The position numbers and the translations under genes were made by a program. DNA of 63,667 nt, the filler included, from Octopus bimaculoides (Eukaryota): the NCBI RefSeq assembly GCF_001194135.2. It is 4 parts of 4 records of this genome, joined end to end, with 100 filler letters (N's around TTAATTAATTAA, not from the genome) between each part and the next. Parts side by side here need not be neighbours in the genome. Positions count along the whole stretch, not along the records: positions 55,778 to 63,667 come from NC_068986.1; 3 more parts are not named here. The stretch is one strand, 5' to 3'. Below are positions 61,740 to 63,667 of the stretch, piece by piece (within the stretch, counting starts at the first letter, position 1; each line of letters opens with the position of its first letter). The notes under the pieces were generated by a model. The model saw only the letters and a list, made by a program, of their open reading frames with translations, made no database searches and had not been told where the DNA came from.

Positions 61740-62595
61740 TGTCATTATTCAGTTCTGTTTCAAGATTTCTTACCGATAGAGAATGAGCCGGTTTTTAACC
61801 TAGATCTTAGCTTCCTTCATTGGAATTTCAACAACATCAACAGGGTATGTATGTATGTATGTATGTATATGTACAGATTTGTATGTTTTGCTTTATATAT
61901 GTATTCTCATTTATATAGTTGTATATCTAGACATGCTTAAATATACATATACATAAATGATAAACATCTGGAAAGTTTTACAGATTTTTACAGTTCCGGT
62001 GATGGATTGAATCTGCAGTCTTCCAATCAGCTTTCTGCTTTCTGTTTCTGAGAAGCCTAATTTCTCAAGATAGGAATTTATGCAATGTATTACATATACC
62101 AGTGCCCCAACAATTACAAGTATAAACGTGAACTTGTAATCTGGATAGAGAAACTGCAGATTTCTCAATAGTTCAGCGCAGGTACTCACTTTTTCACGGA
62201 TCTTCAGCTTTATGGTAACATCCGCTTGGCAGCTGATTTCCACAATCGTACACACTTTTTCTTCTCTATCGCAACTCATTATATCAGGTCTTTTGTGTTT
62301 ACAATTTATCTATGTATGCATGTCATTATTCTGTTTATTTCAAGATTTCTTGCCAATAGAGAAAGAACCGGTTTCTAACCTAGATCCCAGGCTTCTTAAT
62401 TGGAATTTCAACATCAAGAACAGTGTGTTTTAGTTTGTATGTTTGTATGTATGTATTATGTATGTATGTATGTATGTATGTATGTACAGATGTGTATGCT
62501 TTATGTATGTATTCTCATGCATATAGTTGCATTTCTAGACATGCTCATATATATTTAAATGATGAACTCCGGGAAAGTTTTACAGATTTTTATGT
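61740..62595 (-). mobile_element. Two tandem 3' ends of a restriction-like-endonuclease (R2/R4/NeSL-type) non-LTR retrotransposon
   Basis: ORF 61911-62279: DREEKVCTIVEISCQAD..IKLKIREK...LLRNLQFLYPDYKFTFILVIVGAL...LGF...LQIQSITGTVKICKTF, typical of the RLE C-terminal domain; 3' UTR duplicated (61740-61990 versus 62320-62590). Confidence 0.8.
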
Positions 62596-62779
62596 ATGTA
62601 TGTATGTATGTATGCATGAATGCATGCATATATGTGCGTATGAAGGTATGTATGCATGCATGTATGTATGTATGTACGTGTGCGCGTGAGTGAATACACA
62701 TAACTATCTCGCTATATACTAATACTTATTTTGATAGATAGGTAGGGAAATAGACAGACAGAACGATAAATAGATAGAG

Positions 62780-62814
<35 letters not shown>

Positions 62815-63438
62815 CAGATAGATAGATAGATAGTGACAGTGAGAGCGAGAGAAGTACACACATAGATATGTAGATACATAGATGAAGTGGAGACGATAGT
62901 AAATTACATTCAATAAGTGTGTAATAATGCAACGTTAAAGAATTAATAAGTAAAATGTCTGCAATATTTTTAATTTGTTCATAACGAATTAGTTTGGTAA
63001 TACATTTGCGTGTGGCATACACGTATATAGAGATGAGTGCATGCGAACATGCTTTTAAGTACGTCTGTCAACGTGTATGTGTTTGTTTGCTTTGGCGTAT
63101 GTTACTGACACACATATAATACATTTTACATAAGAAGGACGGGACATACTCTCAGAAAATAACTATAAATGAAAAAATGTCACGCAACAACAGTAAAATA
63201 AAAACCAAAGTAAACAAAAGACAAAAAAGTAATGACAAAATCAAATAGATATAACTCAAACTGCAGATTAATATGTAATGTAATTTATGATATCAATTTT
63301 AACTATATATTTTATTGTGTGTTGTGTCTGTGAATACATAACAATGTACGTATATCCATATAGATGAGTGCGTATATGAAGCTGAAACAAGTTATATATA
63401 TATGTGTGTGTGTGTGTGCGTACGGGGGTGTATGTATA

Positions 63439-63489
<51 letters not shown>

Positions 63490-63636
63490 GGGTATGGGGG
63501 GGTGTGCTTACTAGTTCAGAAACATGTATATACATACATACATATGCGCATATTCAAAGTATTACATATTTATATATACGTACAAGGTGTGAGTATGCTT
63601 GTTGTGATATATATATATGTATGTGTGTGTATGTAT

Positions 63637-63667
<31 letters not shown>

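Overview
Eukaryotic, AT-rich, microsatellite-dense, gapped draft-assembly DNA (many N runs). The repeat landscape looks like a coleoid cephalopod, most likely Octopus; this is inferred from my recognition of the repeats, not from a database search. Most of the window is intronic or intergenic. It holds at least five dispersed SINE-like or LINE-tail families in both orientations, decayed RTE and RLE-type LINE fragments, a mariner (DD34D) and two DD37D/maT transposase remnants, several TA- or TTAA-flanked MITEs, and long simple repeats. Almost all ORFs in the supplied track are artefacts of microsatellites or N gaps. Plausible host-gene signals are few: (i) a His/Gln-rich plus-strand ORF from 1955 that runs into a gap; (ii) a minus-strand signal-peptide-encoding exon at 47319-47175 with a canonical GTAAGT donor; (iii) a compact CpG-rich minus-strand promoter at about 51040-51260 (TATA, a perfect CArG box, two identical inverted GTCACGTGAT E-boxes) upstream of an 88-codon orphan ORF with polyA signals, and a nuclear-receptor half-site cluster about 1.1 kb downstream. 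Other oddities are two decayed hammerhead-ribozyme-like motifs, a back-to-back telomeric-repeat hairpin, and near-adjacent inverted SINE pairs. No gene could be named with confidence. Repeat boundaries are approximate to within tens of bases.
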